Assembly (NCBI GenBank): GCA_951804945.1
Contig: OX638158.1
Coordinates: 30,380,001 to 30,444,000, forward strand
Length of the DNA stretch: 64,000 nucleotides
Reading direction: 5' to 3'
DNA from: Podarcis cretensis
Lineage: Eukaryota
A program made the translations under genes and the position numbers. The notes beneath the pieces are model-generated. The model worked only from the letters and a program-made list of their open reading frames with translations. It searched no databases and had not been told where the DNA came from. Below, piece by piece: positions 1 through 33,529 of the stretch (positions are counted from its first letter, which is position 1; each line of letters starts with the position of its first letter).

Positions 1-1359
1 GATGGGATGTGATTCTTTTCAGTGATGAGGGAAAAGTATTCTGTACATGCTTAGAGACACAATTTAAAAACTATTTCATATGCACCTTGACTATATCCCA
101 GTACTTAAATCTATGGTTCAGAAATGTAGGAGCACAAACATAGCCTTACTCTCCAGTTCGCACTGTTGAACGTAGCTATTGCAAGAGGATTGGCAGTTGT
201 AACTTCAAATATTTGGGGATGGGCACCACCTTCTCAGTCCATGCAAAACAGCATGAAATCTGGCAAACTGGATCAGGCCAGTATCTACTTCTCTGGTACA
301 GAACTAAAAGAAATTGTGTCAGAATGTCTGTAATAAATGGCTCATTGCCAGGATTTCTCAGCTTGACCATAATTGCCTTTTTTGGTTCAGAATTAAGAAG
401 TTGGCAGGTGATGTTTTTATGGACATTGCTACATGTCTGTGTATTTTATGTAAGACCACTACACCAAAAGATTTCTTCTTCCAAGGACAGAAAATGTTAA
501 CTTGGGCATGTTTTTTGCAAACTAATTGTAAAAAAAAAGAAAGAAAAAAGAATTCTAGTAGGATTGCTCATGTAATCCTCTAACTCCTCCTTTTATTGCT
601 GGGATTATAAAATGTGAAAAGGTAAACTTGGGCTAGATAGAACTGATGTCCTGTTACAATTTTTTTCCTAAATCACTATGTCTCAGGGAAATTAAATTTG
701 ATATATTCTTCATAGATTTATAATAATGAAACACAGGTACTCCATAGATTTATCACAGTACTTTTATGGGCATAAAATACTAAATGCTGCATCCCTGAGA
801 CCACCAACACTGAATACCAGCACATTCAGTTCACTGGGCTGCAGGGTAAGATGTGAAGTAGAGAAAGAACATACTGCCTTGTGTCACAGCACTGATTAAG
901 GAGCCTTTGAAATCGTTGAAAAAGGTAGTCAATTATGATTTTAAACAAATATTGTCAAACACAAGTTCAGACCTTCGAAGTGTACTAAATTAGTGTTTCT
1001 CTTCATTGTGTTCAGAATAACTGCATGAAATAAGTACTGACAGTTGTAATGCACTGTTGAAATAATGTAAACGACCGAGTAGTGTTAAATATATAGATAT
1101 TGCAAAAAGCCATTATTTCAGTACATAATGGTAGATTTTCAAAAGCAACGTAGGTTGGGATTTTTAACATTTCAAAATGCTGCCCCTTAAAGGTAAATAT
1201 TACAATTTGATTTTCATGAAAACAGAAAATAAGGTGAAGAGAAAACACATATGCTTAAATATAGCTTGCCAAGTAAGGTATGCTAAGATCTAGAAGATGT
1301 ATAGAGATCTAGGTAGCAAAAATAAAATTTCTAAAGACAGCTTCCAGGTGCCTCTAAAC

Positions 1360-1497
1360 CAGGCATGGGTAACCTGTGATTCTTCAGAGGTTGCTGGATT
1401 CCAGTTTCCATAAACCCCATCTGGTGTGGCTAATGATCAGAGATGATGACAGTTGTAATCTAGCAAAATATGGAGAGTCCCAAAATCCCCACCCCTG
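1360..1497. mobile_element. Old hAT-like palindromic MITE (related copies at ~30290-30430, ~50310-50420, ~52825-53625 split, ~56430-56550, ~63525-63610)
   Basis: CAGG...CCTG ends, a shared CCAGATGTTGCTGGACT...CATCTGGAGGG fold-back core, and a degenerate 8-bp TSD. Confidence 0.6.
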
Positions 1498-1870
1498 CTT
1501 TATACTTAGTCTGTCTAGCCTAGGATATATCTGAGCCCTGTTTTTAAGTCCCGTTCATAGTCAATATATTATTGAAATGGACACGGCCAAACAGTGGTAT
1601 GAAAATGAGAACCCCCTCTTAAAAGAATTCAACATAAATGACATGCCTGAATTAATGAAGGAAACTCCCTCTCAACCAGTGCTCACCTTATACCTTACAA
1701 TTGCTTCTAATCAGAAATGCTTTTGTACATCTCTTTGCACCAAATCTAGGTTAATTTCCTTTAAACATTCTTTTTATAAAGCAGATAGTAACAATGTTTA
1801 TAGAAGAGCTTCTCCCAAATAGATTCAATTTGAACTTAAGTCTCATTCATTTCAAAAAGAGAAAACTAAA

Positions 1871-1876
1871 TTTATT
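1871..1876 (-). terminator. Candidate polyadenylation signal of FAM227A
   Basis: AATAAA on the minus strand, about 30 nt after the stop codon. Confidence 0.45.
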
Positions 1877-1906
1877 GCTAGGGCCACATGTAAGTTAACA
1901 AGTCAG

Positions 1907-21944
<20,038 letters not shown>

Positions 21945-23329
21945 CTTGAAATTACTAAATCCTAAAAAATAAAGTGGAGACAACACATTTATATTAAACA
22001 CACATTTCCCCACAAACTTGCTTGCTATTTTGTTCCCAAAGCATGATCACACTTAAATTAACTTTTCCAATTATTGGCTTGAGCTGATTTAACCTTTTTA
22101 GCGTTCCTCATGCGGATACCAAAAGGGTTACTTTATAAATATAACACTTCTGCCCCACTCCCCTCCACCAAATATAGCTTAGTAAGAAAGGGTCCCATGG
22201 GGAAAATTATTCTAATTTGTCTTCCTTAATTTGTAGTAATTACAGCTGCCAACTCAGAGGCAGCAATTTGGAATTCTAGCTGTAGTTAGGTATTCCCAGA
22301 AGAAATTTCAAGCCTGAAAATCACAACTATTAACTGCATTGTTCTCCACTGCACGGAGGGATAGCAAAGTATCAGGATTTTATGAAGCTACCAGAATTTT
22401 GTTTCTTGTTCTGTCACACACATTAGTTTTCTTGCTAGTGTTACTTTTTCATTCAAACTGTGAAGAGACACATAAAATTGTATTACCTTTGATTATAATT
22501 TTTTCAAATATAAAAAAATGTGTATTTTAGCATTCTGAGGCTACATTATATACACTTCCTTCTGAGTAAAAATGTGCAAATTCTAATCAGCCTAAAAGTA
22601 TCATTACATTGCACAGGTGTATTCTCTACACAATTTGGCAACTTTATTTCCAAGAAAACGTGTCCAGTACTGGAGTGCTTTGCATATCAATGTGCAGCCC
22701 GATCCTGTGCATGTTTATCCAAAGGTGAAATGGGTCAGGATAGGGTGGGAGGAAGAGGTTTGTTATGTTTTAATCACTTCTGCACACTCTTAGAAAAACA
22801 AACTGTAAATTCCATGATGGTGATCACCAGGAAATTAAAACATGAAACTGAAATACCTTAATGACCTTCTATATGTGCCAATGCTGCAGCTAATGCATGG
22901 TATAAAATTGATTGCCCCATCTCAAAAAGAACAATGTAGAACTGGGAAAGGGGCAGACAAAATAACCAAGGGCTTGGGAGAACCTTTCCTACAAGGAAAT
23001 GTACAGCTATTTCAAAATTAATCAGTAGCAACATAAAACTGTCGATAAGAAAACTACCAGTTCACACCACATCTGCACCAGGCATTTAAAGCACAATACT
23101 ACTTTTAACAGTCATGGGTGTTGATATGGCCTAGGCTGAATTAAGGGAAGAACTGTCCACCAGGCATGCAGAGCTTTGCCGATGCAGATCTCCCAGATTG
23201 GTCGCCAGATTAAGACTGTGAAGAAAATGCCAGCAAAATGAGAGCAACAAAGTGAACAGTAATAGTCCATGTATGATGATCTCCCCCGTCTTTCCTTTGG
23301 GAAGCTTATAGAGGCTCATCAAAAAAAAA

Positions 23330-24310
23330 GACGTTGATGGTCGACGTGAAAAAACGACGTTCCCAACTTATTCGGGTGTTACATAGCATCAAGTAACACA
23401 GGGGCGCCCATACGCACCGGAGTGAAAGGGCGGGAAGAGTCCTTGCCCACGCAGCTGTGGGACCCTGTTTGTTTCTTCCGGACCCCAAGAGGGCCGATAT
23501 CAAAAATGCTCCCTGCCCCTCCAATCACGCCGGATTCTCTGCCGACCACGCCCACAACGGGCCCTTTTATGTCCTCCTCTCTGAGCGTTCTTCCCTCACC
23601 GTGGCAACTACTCGGAGCAAACCATTTATTTATTGAACCTTTATGCATCTCTAAAAGGTAGCATTAGATGCCGACTACGACTGGCGAATCTGCGTGTGAG
23701 ATGCAATTCATTCACGAGCTCTGTTCCCGAGGGATAACACTGTTAACGTAATTTTACAACTCGACCAAAACAATTTTCTCACCCCCCCCCCGCCTTTTAT
23801 AAACAATGGTACGGTCCCATCCGCGAGGCTGCCGTTCGCTCCGCGTTTCCCGGCGGTTTGGGATACAACCATGACACGAAAAGAGAAGGGGTGCATTTTC
23901 TTATATTCTCACAAGCTTCCTCCAGACGCAGGGCATTTTACTTATTTTGAGCCATTTTTTAAAAAAAATCCGCCACTCTATGTATTTAAAATGAAATGCG
24001 TGTGCCCCCTCCTCTGTCCTGTGGAATTTTCGATTTCTTTCCTGGGGTGGTTCCGCCCGCTGTGCGTTTCTCGGCTACCGCAAGTCGCGAAGCATCAAAG
24101 AGTGCGCATGCGCAATTGATCTCGGTGGCTACAACCAGGGTGCGGAGGTGTGTTGTGCATCTGTTGGGTGAGGAGCTCCACGGTTGTCGGTGCGCGATGC
24201 TGGGGTGAAGCCATTTGGCGGGTTTAGGACGGCAGCGACTCTCGGCTCCCTCCCCCTCCCCCGTTGCTTTATTTGTTGCGGTCTCGATCTGCCCCCTGAA
24301 CAATGGGATG
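23330..24310. promoter_or_regulatory. CpG-rich bidirectional FAM227A/CBY1 promoter
   Basis: Local CpG enrichment between the divergent genes. NRF1 palindrome TGCGCATGCGCA at 24103-24114. RFX X-box-like CTCACCGTGGCAAC at 23595-23608. Candidate first-exon donors at 23600 (-) and about 24167 (+). Confidence 0.7.
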
Positions 24311-25766
24311 CAGAGTATTAAGCTCCCACTATAACCAGAATCAGGATTTTGTTGGGGTTAGTTAGGGGTCTCGGCCCTTAAGGTGCCGCTAAGGTTGCCA
24401 CTTGCCGGCCTGAGAGAGCTTTTAAAGCTGTAGTTCAGGCAGATATTCAACAGGTGCAGCTTTCCCAAAGATGGAGCTGCAGTGATGAGCTGCACCTGTT
24501 GATTTTTTGCATAGCGGCACATCTGCTAAAGTTGTGTGAGTGTGTGTAAGAGGTGGGTGGAAAATACTTGTATTCCAAGCTACGTGGTAAGTGATTCATT
24601 TCCACACTCTCTTTAGATGAATCCAGCAGTGCTAGGCATGGCTTCAAAGGGTCTCTCACATATTTGCATAAATAATGAAGAACCACCTTTTACAATATTC
24701 AATTTAAGATATTGTGCTTGATCACACTCATTGTGCAGCTAAACCTCCAAGCCTGACTTTGGTGAAGCAATGACAACAGATTTCATTGTTTCAATATTAG
24801 TTCCAATATTGAGATAATTTTGAGGAATGGCACTTTGCAGACTTGTTGTTAAGGGCAGTAATGAGCAGCAAAAGGAATAGGATATATGATACCCCTTTTA
24901 ATTTTTAAAGTACTGTATCTAATCTTTTGCTACAATTGATATTTCCCAAACCATGCATACACAAAAGCAGACTGAATGACCTGACCTGACGATTTCTAAT
25001 ATGTAAAAGATGGTGATAGATTAGTCTAATTTTGGGTTTGCAGATAGCATTTGTTATCCTGTCACTTTATGTTCTCTTAAATGGGATGTTTCCCCTCAGC
25101 CCAAACTACGTTAAACAGACAGAATATTAGTGCTAAAATCCACCAGACCTGTGGAGAATGTGCTACCGTTCAGTATCCCCTATTCCCCCTTGCATTTTTT
25201 TTTTTTTTTTTGGTGATTGGAATAAAGGGAGGATTACATATGGATGACAACACTGTTTGTAATCCCTCCTAAAAATATGAGTGCATAAGGTATTATTATT
25301 ATTTATTAAATTCATTACCCACCTTTCATAATTAGATCCCAGGACTGGTTACAACCATTTAAAATTCATTATTAAAAACAGTTAAAACAAATTACAATAT
25401 GGAATAGGGTGGCAATTCCACACAAAATACTTAGTGTATTTAGTAGCCTAACATGAAGCCCATAGTAGAAATGTTCTTTTTTAAAAAAATTACCAACCAT
25501 TTTTCTTTAAAAAAGGTTAGGCTGGGGGAGCTGTAAATGTTTTAACTGTCTCCAGATCCACGCGAACTAGAAACTTGTTTCTGGAAAATGACAGTTATTG
25601 TTCTCACTATTTTGATGACACTAAGTAGGCCAATCTGCTCTGACTCACAGCCTCTTAATGTTGTGCACAGTGATGAGGTCATGAGGTAATGGTCTTTTGT
25701 TTCTTTTGCTTCCTTCTTATTTCAGGCAACCAGAACAATTCGAACAAGCTTTTAAGTGAGGAAGCC

Positions 25767-28564
25767 ATGCCGCTCTTTGGAAACACATTCAGTCCAAAGA
25801 AAACCCCACCCAGGAAATCAGCCTCACTTTCCAATTTGCACATGGTAAGTTGTGGAACCTAAAACAGGTTTCTGGGACCTAATTCTCCCCTTTTTTAAAA
25901 TAGAGTCCCAGGGTCCCCCAGCTACAGTCAGTCACAAAATAGTGCCTTGGAAACTAGAGAGGCAGAGCCAGTCACAGCCATATGCTGCACACAGAATGTA
26001 TCATAGACTGGAGTGTGCTGCTCATAGAAATCCATAAATACTACAGACCATGGGTTTTATACAGTCGTGCTCAGTGTAGATTTGAAATTAAGTTAGTCAT
26101 TGCCATTCACCTCAAAAGGTCTGTTTTGAGCAGGACTAGCATTGGATACAACCCCATCAATTTTGAAACAAAACTTTTAAGCAGCTGCACAACAGGAATA
26201 AATACACAAATACACATGCAACTTATTAATACCTCTAATTTACAAGCGAGGAGTACCAACACTTAGAATAGCTCATCCACTCCTAGAAGGAAAAAGGGTT
26301 ATGTTTCAGATTCTTGCTCTGATTTTTTCTGAGTGGAAGGTCTGAATCATAATTATTGCAGTGTTTGTGTTGATTAATTTTAAAGGCTTCCAATTGTCTG
26401 TAAAAACAATAAACCATGCATCTTTGTTACACTGTGTGTCTGTCCCCCGTACCACTGTTTTAGCAGGTAAAATCTTGGATTGACAAAACCAGGGATGGGG
26501 AATATTATTCAACCCAAGGGCCCCTGTGGGGAACCTTTGGAGGGCCACATGCCAGTTATTGGCAAGATCAGAGTCAAAGTGGACAGAGCAATGAATATGA
26601 TTCTTATCTTTTGTATAGTTGAGTTGAGAATGAAAACAAAACGTTGTGTCCATTTTCCTCCTACAGCTGGATAGATCAAGCCGGGAGATTGAGCTAGGCC
26701 TGGAGTATGGCACTCCTGTCATGACCCTTACTGGACAGAGTATGAGGTTTGAGAATGGCCAGTGGATAGCAGGTGAGAGAGAACACTAATCCCATTGGCC
26801 ATAATCCAAAAGCAATCCTTATCAGGTTCTCAGTAGCCTCATCCTGTTCCTCAGAAGATACAACTCTTGCAATAATCCCCAGCCATACTGAATCTGTACT
26901 CCCATTGTCCTCCATACCCCCTTATTTGATGTATTGTGGCAAATATTAGTACTGTAGTGTTGATGTTGGTTCTGGTTTCCGGCCTTGTGTCAGGAGTGGT
27001 ATTTGTGCTGTAGTCTGGGTCTGACTAGGTGAAGATGCCAGCTTCAGTGGGTGGGTGTGCATGGTTCACCAATGGTCATTCATATCACAAGGCTACTGAC
27101 ACTCTTCTTGGGGAGGACATTTAATAGGGCATCTTAAAGGTACACCAAGATGTCAGCACATTGACCGTGTTGGATTCCATCTAGCTAATGCAATTGTTTC
27201 TCAGAGCTGCTAGAGGGCTATGTTGTTGTTGTTTAGTCGTTTAGTCGTGTCCGACTCTTTGTGACCCCATGGACCAGAGCACGCCAGGCACTCCTGTCTT
27301 CCACTGCCTCCCGCAGTTTGGTCAAACTCATGTTGGTAGCTTCGAGAACACTGTCCAACCATCTCGTCCTCTGTCATCCCCTTCTCCTTGTGCCCTCAGT
27401 CTTTCCCAACATCAGAGTCTTTTACAGGGAGTCTTCTCTTCTCATGAGGTGGCCAAAGTATTGGAGCCTCAGCTTCACGATCTGTCCTTCCAGTGGGCAC
27501 TCAGGGCTGATTTCCTTAAGAATGGATGCGTTTGATCTTCTTGCAGTCCATGGGACTCTCAAGAGTCTCCTCCAGCACCATAATTCAAAAGCATCAATTC
27601 TTCGGCGATCAGCCTTCTTTATGGTCCAGCTCTCACTTCCATACATCACTACTGGGAAAACCATAGCTTTTACTATACGGACCTTTGTTGGCAAGGTGAT
27701 GTCTCTGCTTTTTAAGATGCTGTCTAGGTTTGTCATCGCCTTTCTCCCAAAGAGCAGGCTATAGTTGTGAAGTTTTGACACTTTTCTGTGAGTGCAAGGT
27801 GATTCTAGTTCTGACCACTTTCTCTCTCCTAGAGTCATTTGGGGACACCGGGGACCGCAGGGAGACAAACCGCCTTCGGAAACGGATCCAGCAGCTGGAG
27901 GAAGAGAACAATCTCCTACAGCTGAAAATTGACATTTTGTTGGATATGGTGAGAATGAGGTGATTCACTCACCTCTGTGCATCAATATGTCTTTGATATC
28001 TGCATTAATTTTTCTACTTGATACAAAACCAGGGGAATGACAATGGTGACACAGTGGGTCAATGTCTCATGGGATTCAAACCAGGCTCCAGAACACTTCA
28101 TGATCTTATTGAGAACCCTGGGTTCCTTTTACGAGAAGATAGGCAGTGGCAGCATGGTTGCCCAGAAAAGAGCTTTTCCAATATTATTCTATTGATTTCC
28201 CCCACAAAGCCCAGGTTCATAAGGAATATGAAATGCATTCCAGAGGACTAGTGCTTGCTATTCATTGTGAATGTGCCTCATTACAAGTCCCAGAATCATC
28301 TGCAATAGGCAGAAGTTAATGGAAGATGATATGATGTAGAAGGAATTCCCTCTGGATTTGTAGTTTGAAATCCACTGCTTTAGAGAGAAACAAACAAATG
28401 TACTTGTTTTTAAGGGTTACCAGCACTAAAACAATATGGGAAAACAAATGCCATTTTTTGCCATTTTTTCCTTTTATTTGTAGCTCTCTGAGACGACTGC
28501 AGAGTCTCACCTCATGCAGAAAGAGATGGAGGAACTGAAAAATTATAGCCGAAAGAGGAAGTGA
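25767..28564 (+). CDS. CBY1: Protein chibby homolog 1, 126 aa
   Basis: Exons 25767-25844, 26667-26772, 27833-27948, 28484-28564, all GT-AG. Protein: MPLFGNTFSPKKTPPRKSASLSNLHMLDRSSREIELGLEYG...FENGQWIAE...LEEENNLLQLKIDILLDMLSETTAESHLMQKE...RKRK*. Confidence 0.97.
27222..27756 (-). mobile_element. Bov-B (RTE) LINE, 3' fragment
   Basis: Translates to GRKAMTNLDSILKSRDITLPTKVRIVKAMVFPVVMYGSESWTIKKADRRRIDAFELWCWRRLLRVPWTARRSN, the Bov-B ORF C-terminal region. (CAA)n tail; short direct repeat GGCTAT at 27216-27221 and 27757-27762. Confidence 0.93.
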
Positions 28565-29737
28565 ACTGGATGTGAAGGCCTCTAGAAGGTGGAAGAGGGA
28601 AGAGCAAGAGGATATGGTTAAAACCATCCACTGCAAGGAACTTAGGAAGCCACACCTGCCTTGGAAGACATTTGTTGTTGTGACCTTATGTTGCTGGATA
28701 TCTAGCCAGGACTCCAAATGTGAAATACTATTAAGTTCTACAGTGCTGTCAGAAAGCAGCTGTCCTACTTTTCTTCTTCCCTAATGGAGCTTCTATCCAA
28801 GTGCTCTTAACATATTTCTGCAATATACATTTAATTTAATCAGTAGCAGGTAGTGGTTTGTAGTTAATAAGCGTCTCTTCCCACCCACCCAAGAAGGCAA
28901 TCAAGATCGTGGGGTGTGGGGAGAGCAAAAGAAAAAGGGAGAAACTGCTTGCAACATATACTTACATACTCTTGCTGTCTCTCTCTTAACATGTTTCAGA
29001 AATGCTTTTCAATTGGCTGTTTCTTATCTTTGGGACGCAGAATTCTCTGGAAAAAGTAAGGTCCAGAACTTGAGCCGGTGAGCTGATACAGAGACACCAC
29101 TGGTGATAGGCAGCATTCTGGGCCCTTACCCTTATAGGCCTACAATATATGTTAGTGAGGAAAACCTTTGATAATTGGAGATGACAGTGAACAATGTGGG
29201 AAGTTACATGTTTTAGTTGGCTCACAGTCATTCTGAATAGCAATGGCCTATACTCTAAAGCTGACTGACACACCACGGGGGGAGGGACCTTTTCAGCATA
29301 GTGGTTCAGATCCTTAGTTCACCCACATGTCAGTCACCTGATGTCACCATGTTTTGAGGTGACCTATTTTTCCTTTGCAGAGTAGCTTGAGTTCACAGCC
29401 ACAGTACAGTAGTGTAACGGGGGTATGAGACCTCTGTCCCATATGTTCTTTCATCTCTTCCTTTCCCACGCCAGCCCAATGATGTGCTGTATTGCCTCAT
29501 TAGTATGGCAAAACTCCACATTGAACAACTGGTTCTCTTCCATTTTTATCCCTCTCCTTCATGATGTATCAGAGTTCTATAACACTCCATGAATTCCATG
29601 TGCATTCTACCTTCTTCCTTGTCTTGGTAAAAAACAAATCTTCAGGCAATTCTTTGTACAGCCACCAGTTCCATTCAGGCCACTGTAAGTTAAATGTTGA
29701 GTTGAATTGTTGTATAAATCTATTTTTATACTTTAAA

Positions 29738-29743
29738 AATAAA
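29738..29743 (+). terminator. Candidate CBY1 polyadenylation signal
   Basis: AATAAA followed by a GT/T-rich tract, about 1.2 kb after the stop codon. Confidence 0.55.
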
Positions 29744-30559
29744 GTCATTACAGTGTTTCTATTGCTGCAGTGTTGACTTGTGTATTTGTTTTATTACATA
29801 GCCCATTACTCTACTCTGGGTGGTGTTTTAAGGGACATCATCCAAGTTCAAGAGAAATCTGGCCCTCCTGAAGATTAACTCCTCAGAAAAGTATTAATCC
29901 TATATAAATAATAATAATTTTTTAAAAGCACCCTGAAAACATGGATGCTATATATATTTACATGCCCACACATGTTTACCTACCATATTATTTACCCCTT
30001 TGGAAGTGCAAAAGCCCCATTCTTCAGAATTTACTCTCTTTAGAATAAATCTTCATTTGCCTTCTGGAATTTTGTGTTCTCTCTGTGTGTGAATAAAAGG
30101 GCCTGCTTTGCTGGTGGGCGGACGGGAGCTCTTCAACTTAAAAAGCACCAGAGCCTCAGAGGTCAGAAAAACAAACACATCTGCCCAAGAAGACTGAGCA
30201 CGGGATCCTGAATGTCATTGGAAAAATTAAAGAGAGATGGAGTCGGACTGTCAGAAAGAGGGAAATCCCCTTCCAGATCTCTTCGCATCTTGTTGCAGAG
30301 GCGGCCACTGTGGTGGCCTCCAGATGTTGCTGGACTCAGCCCCAGCCAACACAGGCCCATAGTCAGGGATGATGGGGTTTGTAGTGCATCAACATCTGGA
30401 GGGGGCCACCACATCTTACAATGTCCCTGCCTTAAATTTTCCTGCCGGGGGGAGTGGGCTGGCTGACCAGCACCATAAGCAGAACCACTCTGGCCGTAAG
30501 GCGAGAATACGCTGCAACATCCCACAAATACAGTAAATACAATTCAGCTCGGAGAAGAA

Positions 30560-31150
30560 GGAGCTGCCTTTGCGCGACAACAAGCGAGCCCCGCGTGGCC
30601 TTTTCAACCTCTTCCTCCCGTCCGCTGGGTGTCGCTGCGCAGCGGCAGAGCACAGCCCGCGCGCTTCCGCTCTCCCTCTCCTTCCGCTTCCGGCGACGCT
30701 CGCTCTCCGCTGCCGGCAGCCTGCCTCGTCGTTGTCTGCCCTCCCCTCGTTGCAGTCATGGCCGCCGCGATGCCCCTTTCCCCGGAGGACCTGCTGCTGC
30801 CCAAGTCCGCGGCGGGCAAGGCCGAAGAGCTGGAAGAGGAGGTGGAGGACGACGACGACGAGGTAAAGCCAGCCCCTGCCGGAGCTTGGCCGGGCGGCCA
30901 TGTGCGAGGTGACCCCTCTCTGGAGTCGGCCCTGCCTTGGGCCCAGGCGGGGAGCTCGAGTGAGCTGAAGCCCCGGCCAGGAGACGCGGGAGGAGGAGGA
31001 GGAGCAGCAGCGCGGGAAGCGTCTCCTCTGTGTGTTTTCTGGAGGGGGCCTTGCGCGAGCCGGGAGGAGGAGGGGGCTCGACGGAGGGGCGGTGCTGCTG
31101 GGAGCGTGGATTGGTGCCTGCTGAGGTTTCTCCTTGCAGGAGGACTCCCC
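30560..31150 (+). promoter_or_regulatory. TOMM22 CpG island/promoter
   Basis: GC/CpG-rich. Tandem ETS/GABP-type CTTCCGCTTCCGG at 30681-30693, a motif typical of nuclear genes for mitochondrial proteins. Confidence 0.7.
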
Positions 31151-31151
31151 G

Positions 31152-31220
<69 letters not shown>

Positions 31221-33481
31221 TAATTGGCATCTGGCTGGCCGCTGCTGAGAACGAAGCTCCGGACTAGATCGGCCTTTGTTCCCATTCAGCAGGACTCTTT
31301 CAGTGTTAACGGGGTCCGGGTTTAGGGGACAGGTCTTGTTTTGTGGGGCTCATCTCTCCTTTCCACGTTTGCAGCTGGACGAGACGCTAGCAGAGAGGCT
31401 CTGGGGCTTGACAGAGATGTTCCCGGAAAGCGTCCGATCGGCGGCTGGAGCTACCTTCGGCGTGTCTCTTTCTGTAGCCCAGAAAATGTACAGGTGAGGA
31501 GGGGGAAATGGGAGGTGAGGACCCAAGCCCCTTGGTCCCTGGTCCTCAGATACCATGCGCAGGTGGCCACTTAGCTATGCCTCGCAAGACTGGTTTGTGG
31601 GTGGTTAAGGTAGCCCTTCTCAGTGAAGTGGCTGGCTCCTTCAGCCAGCAAGGGGATGGAGAATTGTTAGGGAGTTGGTGGTGTTTTGCGTTTCTTAAGT
31701 TGGACAGACAGCCATTGAGAATACTTAGACTTCTTAATTCAGAACTCTAGATGTGTGTGTTTTTAGTGAGATGATAGAAATGATCCGTTGTACGCTGTTT
31801 GGATAATGATGGTCAAGCAGTTGAGAATGTACCATGCATATTCAAGCTTTAATGAAGAAAAGGCTGAGAAATGAATGTAAATTAAATATTTTAAAAAACC
31901 CTTTGCCTGCAAGGAGCCATTGACATGGAATTGATCATAAATAATTGAGATAATTGTGATATCTGTAGTTGGGGAGAAAAGGGGTTCTATATTTACTTGT
32001 GAGAGTGAAGTTCTAGAGAACTATTTTGAGTATGCTCAGAAATATAGCACTCATAATTCAGTTATAGTAGTTCAACTAAACAGAGACCTTGTAGTCAAAT
32101 GGCTTGGGCCCTTTATTCCATGAAATGGTAATTTTCCTTTTGTTCGCTCTTTAAACTCTCGTATTACACACACATACTCCATATAGACATGAATAATAAA
32201 TGCAAGGCTGTACTACACCAAACAATTTGTCATCAAATATAAATATAAATTTCTCAGGTTGTGGACACAAAATAACCCTGTTAAATAGAATTTATATTCT
32301 CATTTTGCTCTTTTTTAATGTAGTCATGATCATATTTTCTTAAACATTCTGAAATAGAATACATACTAAGAAGTTTCCATTCAGAAGAAACCAAAATTAT
32401 TGCTAATAAAAGATTGTGAATCAGTGATTTGCTTGAAATGTAATTATATTCTTTTAAGACCTCGAATAAAATAATTTCCAGAGGAATATCCTTGTAAGTC
32501 TTTTGCAGCAAAAACAAAGAATCCTATGATGCTTTAAAAAATAACAAGCTTTTTATAGCCAAAACTTTCAGGGACTAAAGTTCATTTTGTCAGATGTATG
32601 AAGTATTATCCTGAGATAGGTATATATAACGAACCGCTTTTGGCTGCTAATGATTAAAATTAAAATGTTGCTCTTCCATGTGTTTCAAATTTTGTGAGGG
32701 TTGGAAAGCACAGCTTTGGTCTCTTGTTTAATTTCTAAGCTTGCATGACACAGTATCCTAATGTTCCCACAAAGATCAATCCATGTATTTAACTCCCCCC
32801 CCCCAAAAAAAAACATTCTTAGTGAGTTGAGGAGGAAAGGTTTTTCTTTTGAAGCGATATCCAGTTAAGTCCACTCATGAACAAACTTCTGTGAGCAGAA
32901 GAGGATTTCCCCTTCCTGTTGTAGTCTCTGCATGCTCAAGTTTGCTCTGGAGGGTTGGGGAGCTTCTCAGAACAGATTTGGGATCTAAAGTGTGCTGTGG
33001 ATGACAGAAAGCTGCATCACATGAGTAGAAGGCTGTTTGTGTGATGTTGGATTTCACTCAGGTTGCCTATGATCTTTAAGGAAACTTCATTATGGTATAA
33101 AACCAAACTTTATACACTATTTATGCATTTAGTTCCTTCCTTTGCTAATTCTTTGTCTTTTAATGGAATCTTGGTAGTTTTAAGGGAGAAAACCTGGAGG
33201 TATTTCAGATTGTGATGGATATTTATAGGGAGTGTATTTATATTTGGAAGCAAAAATATGATTGTGATGAGACATGTTATAAGGTTCACACACACTAATG
33301 TTGCCATAGGAAGGGGATTTAAGGCTGCAATCCCATAACCGTTTACTAGGGAGTAAGTCCTATAAGTTTAGATAAGTGGAGCTTACCTTGGAGTATATAT
33401 GAATAGGATTGTACTGAAACTGGAATAATAGTCTAATGCAATCTAACAGTGAGATCTTTAGGATAAGTCATTTCCATTGTA

Positions 33482-33529
<48 letters not shown>

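Noticed and set aside
150-370. Possible extra minus-strand exon downstream of FAM227A (GTAAG donor near 149)
   Set aside because: Every acceptor and frame combination I tried contained stops, and FAM227A already terminates at 1907.
30416-31248. Several long ORFs, including poly-Tyr and poly-Ile ones
   Set aside because: CpG-island and (AAT)n artefacts; only 30758-30862 is coding (TOMM22 exon 1).
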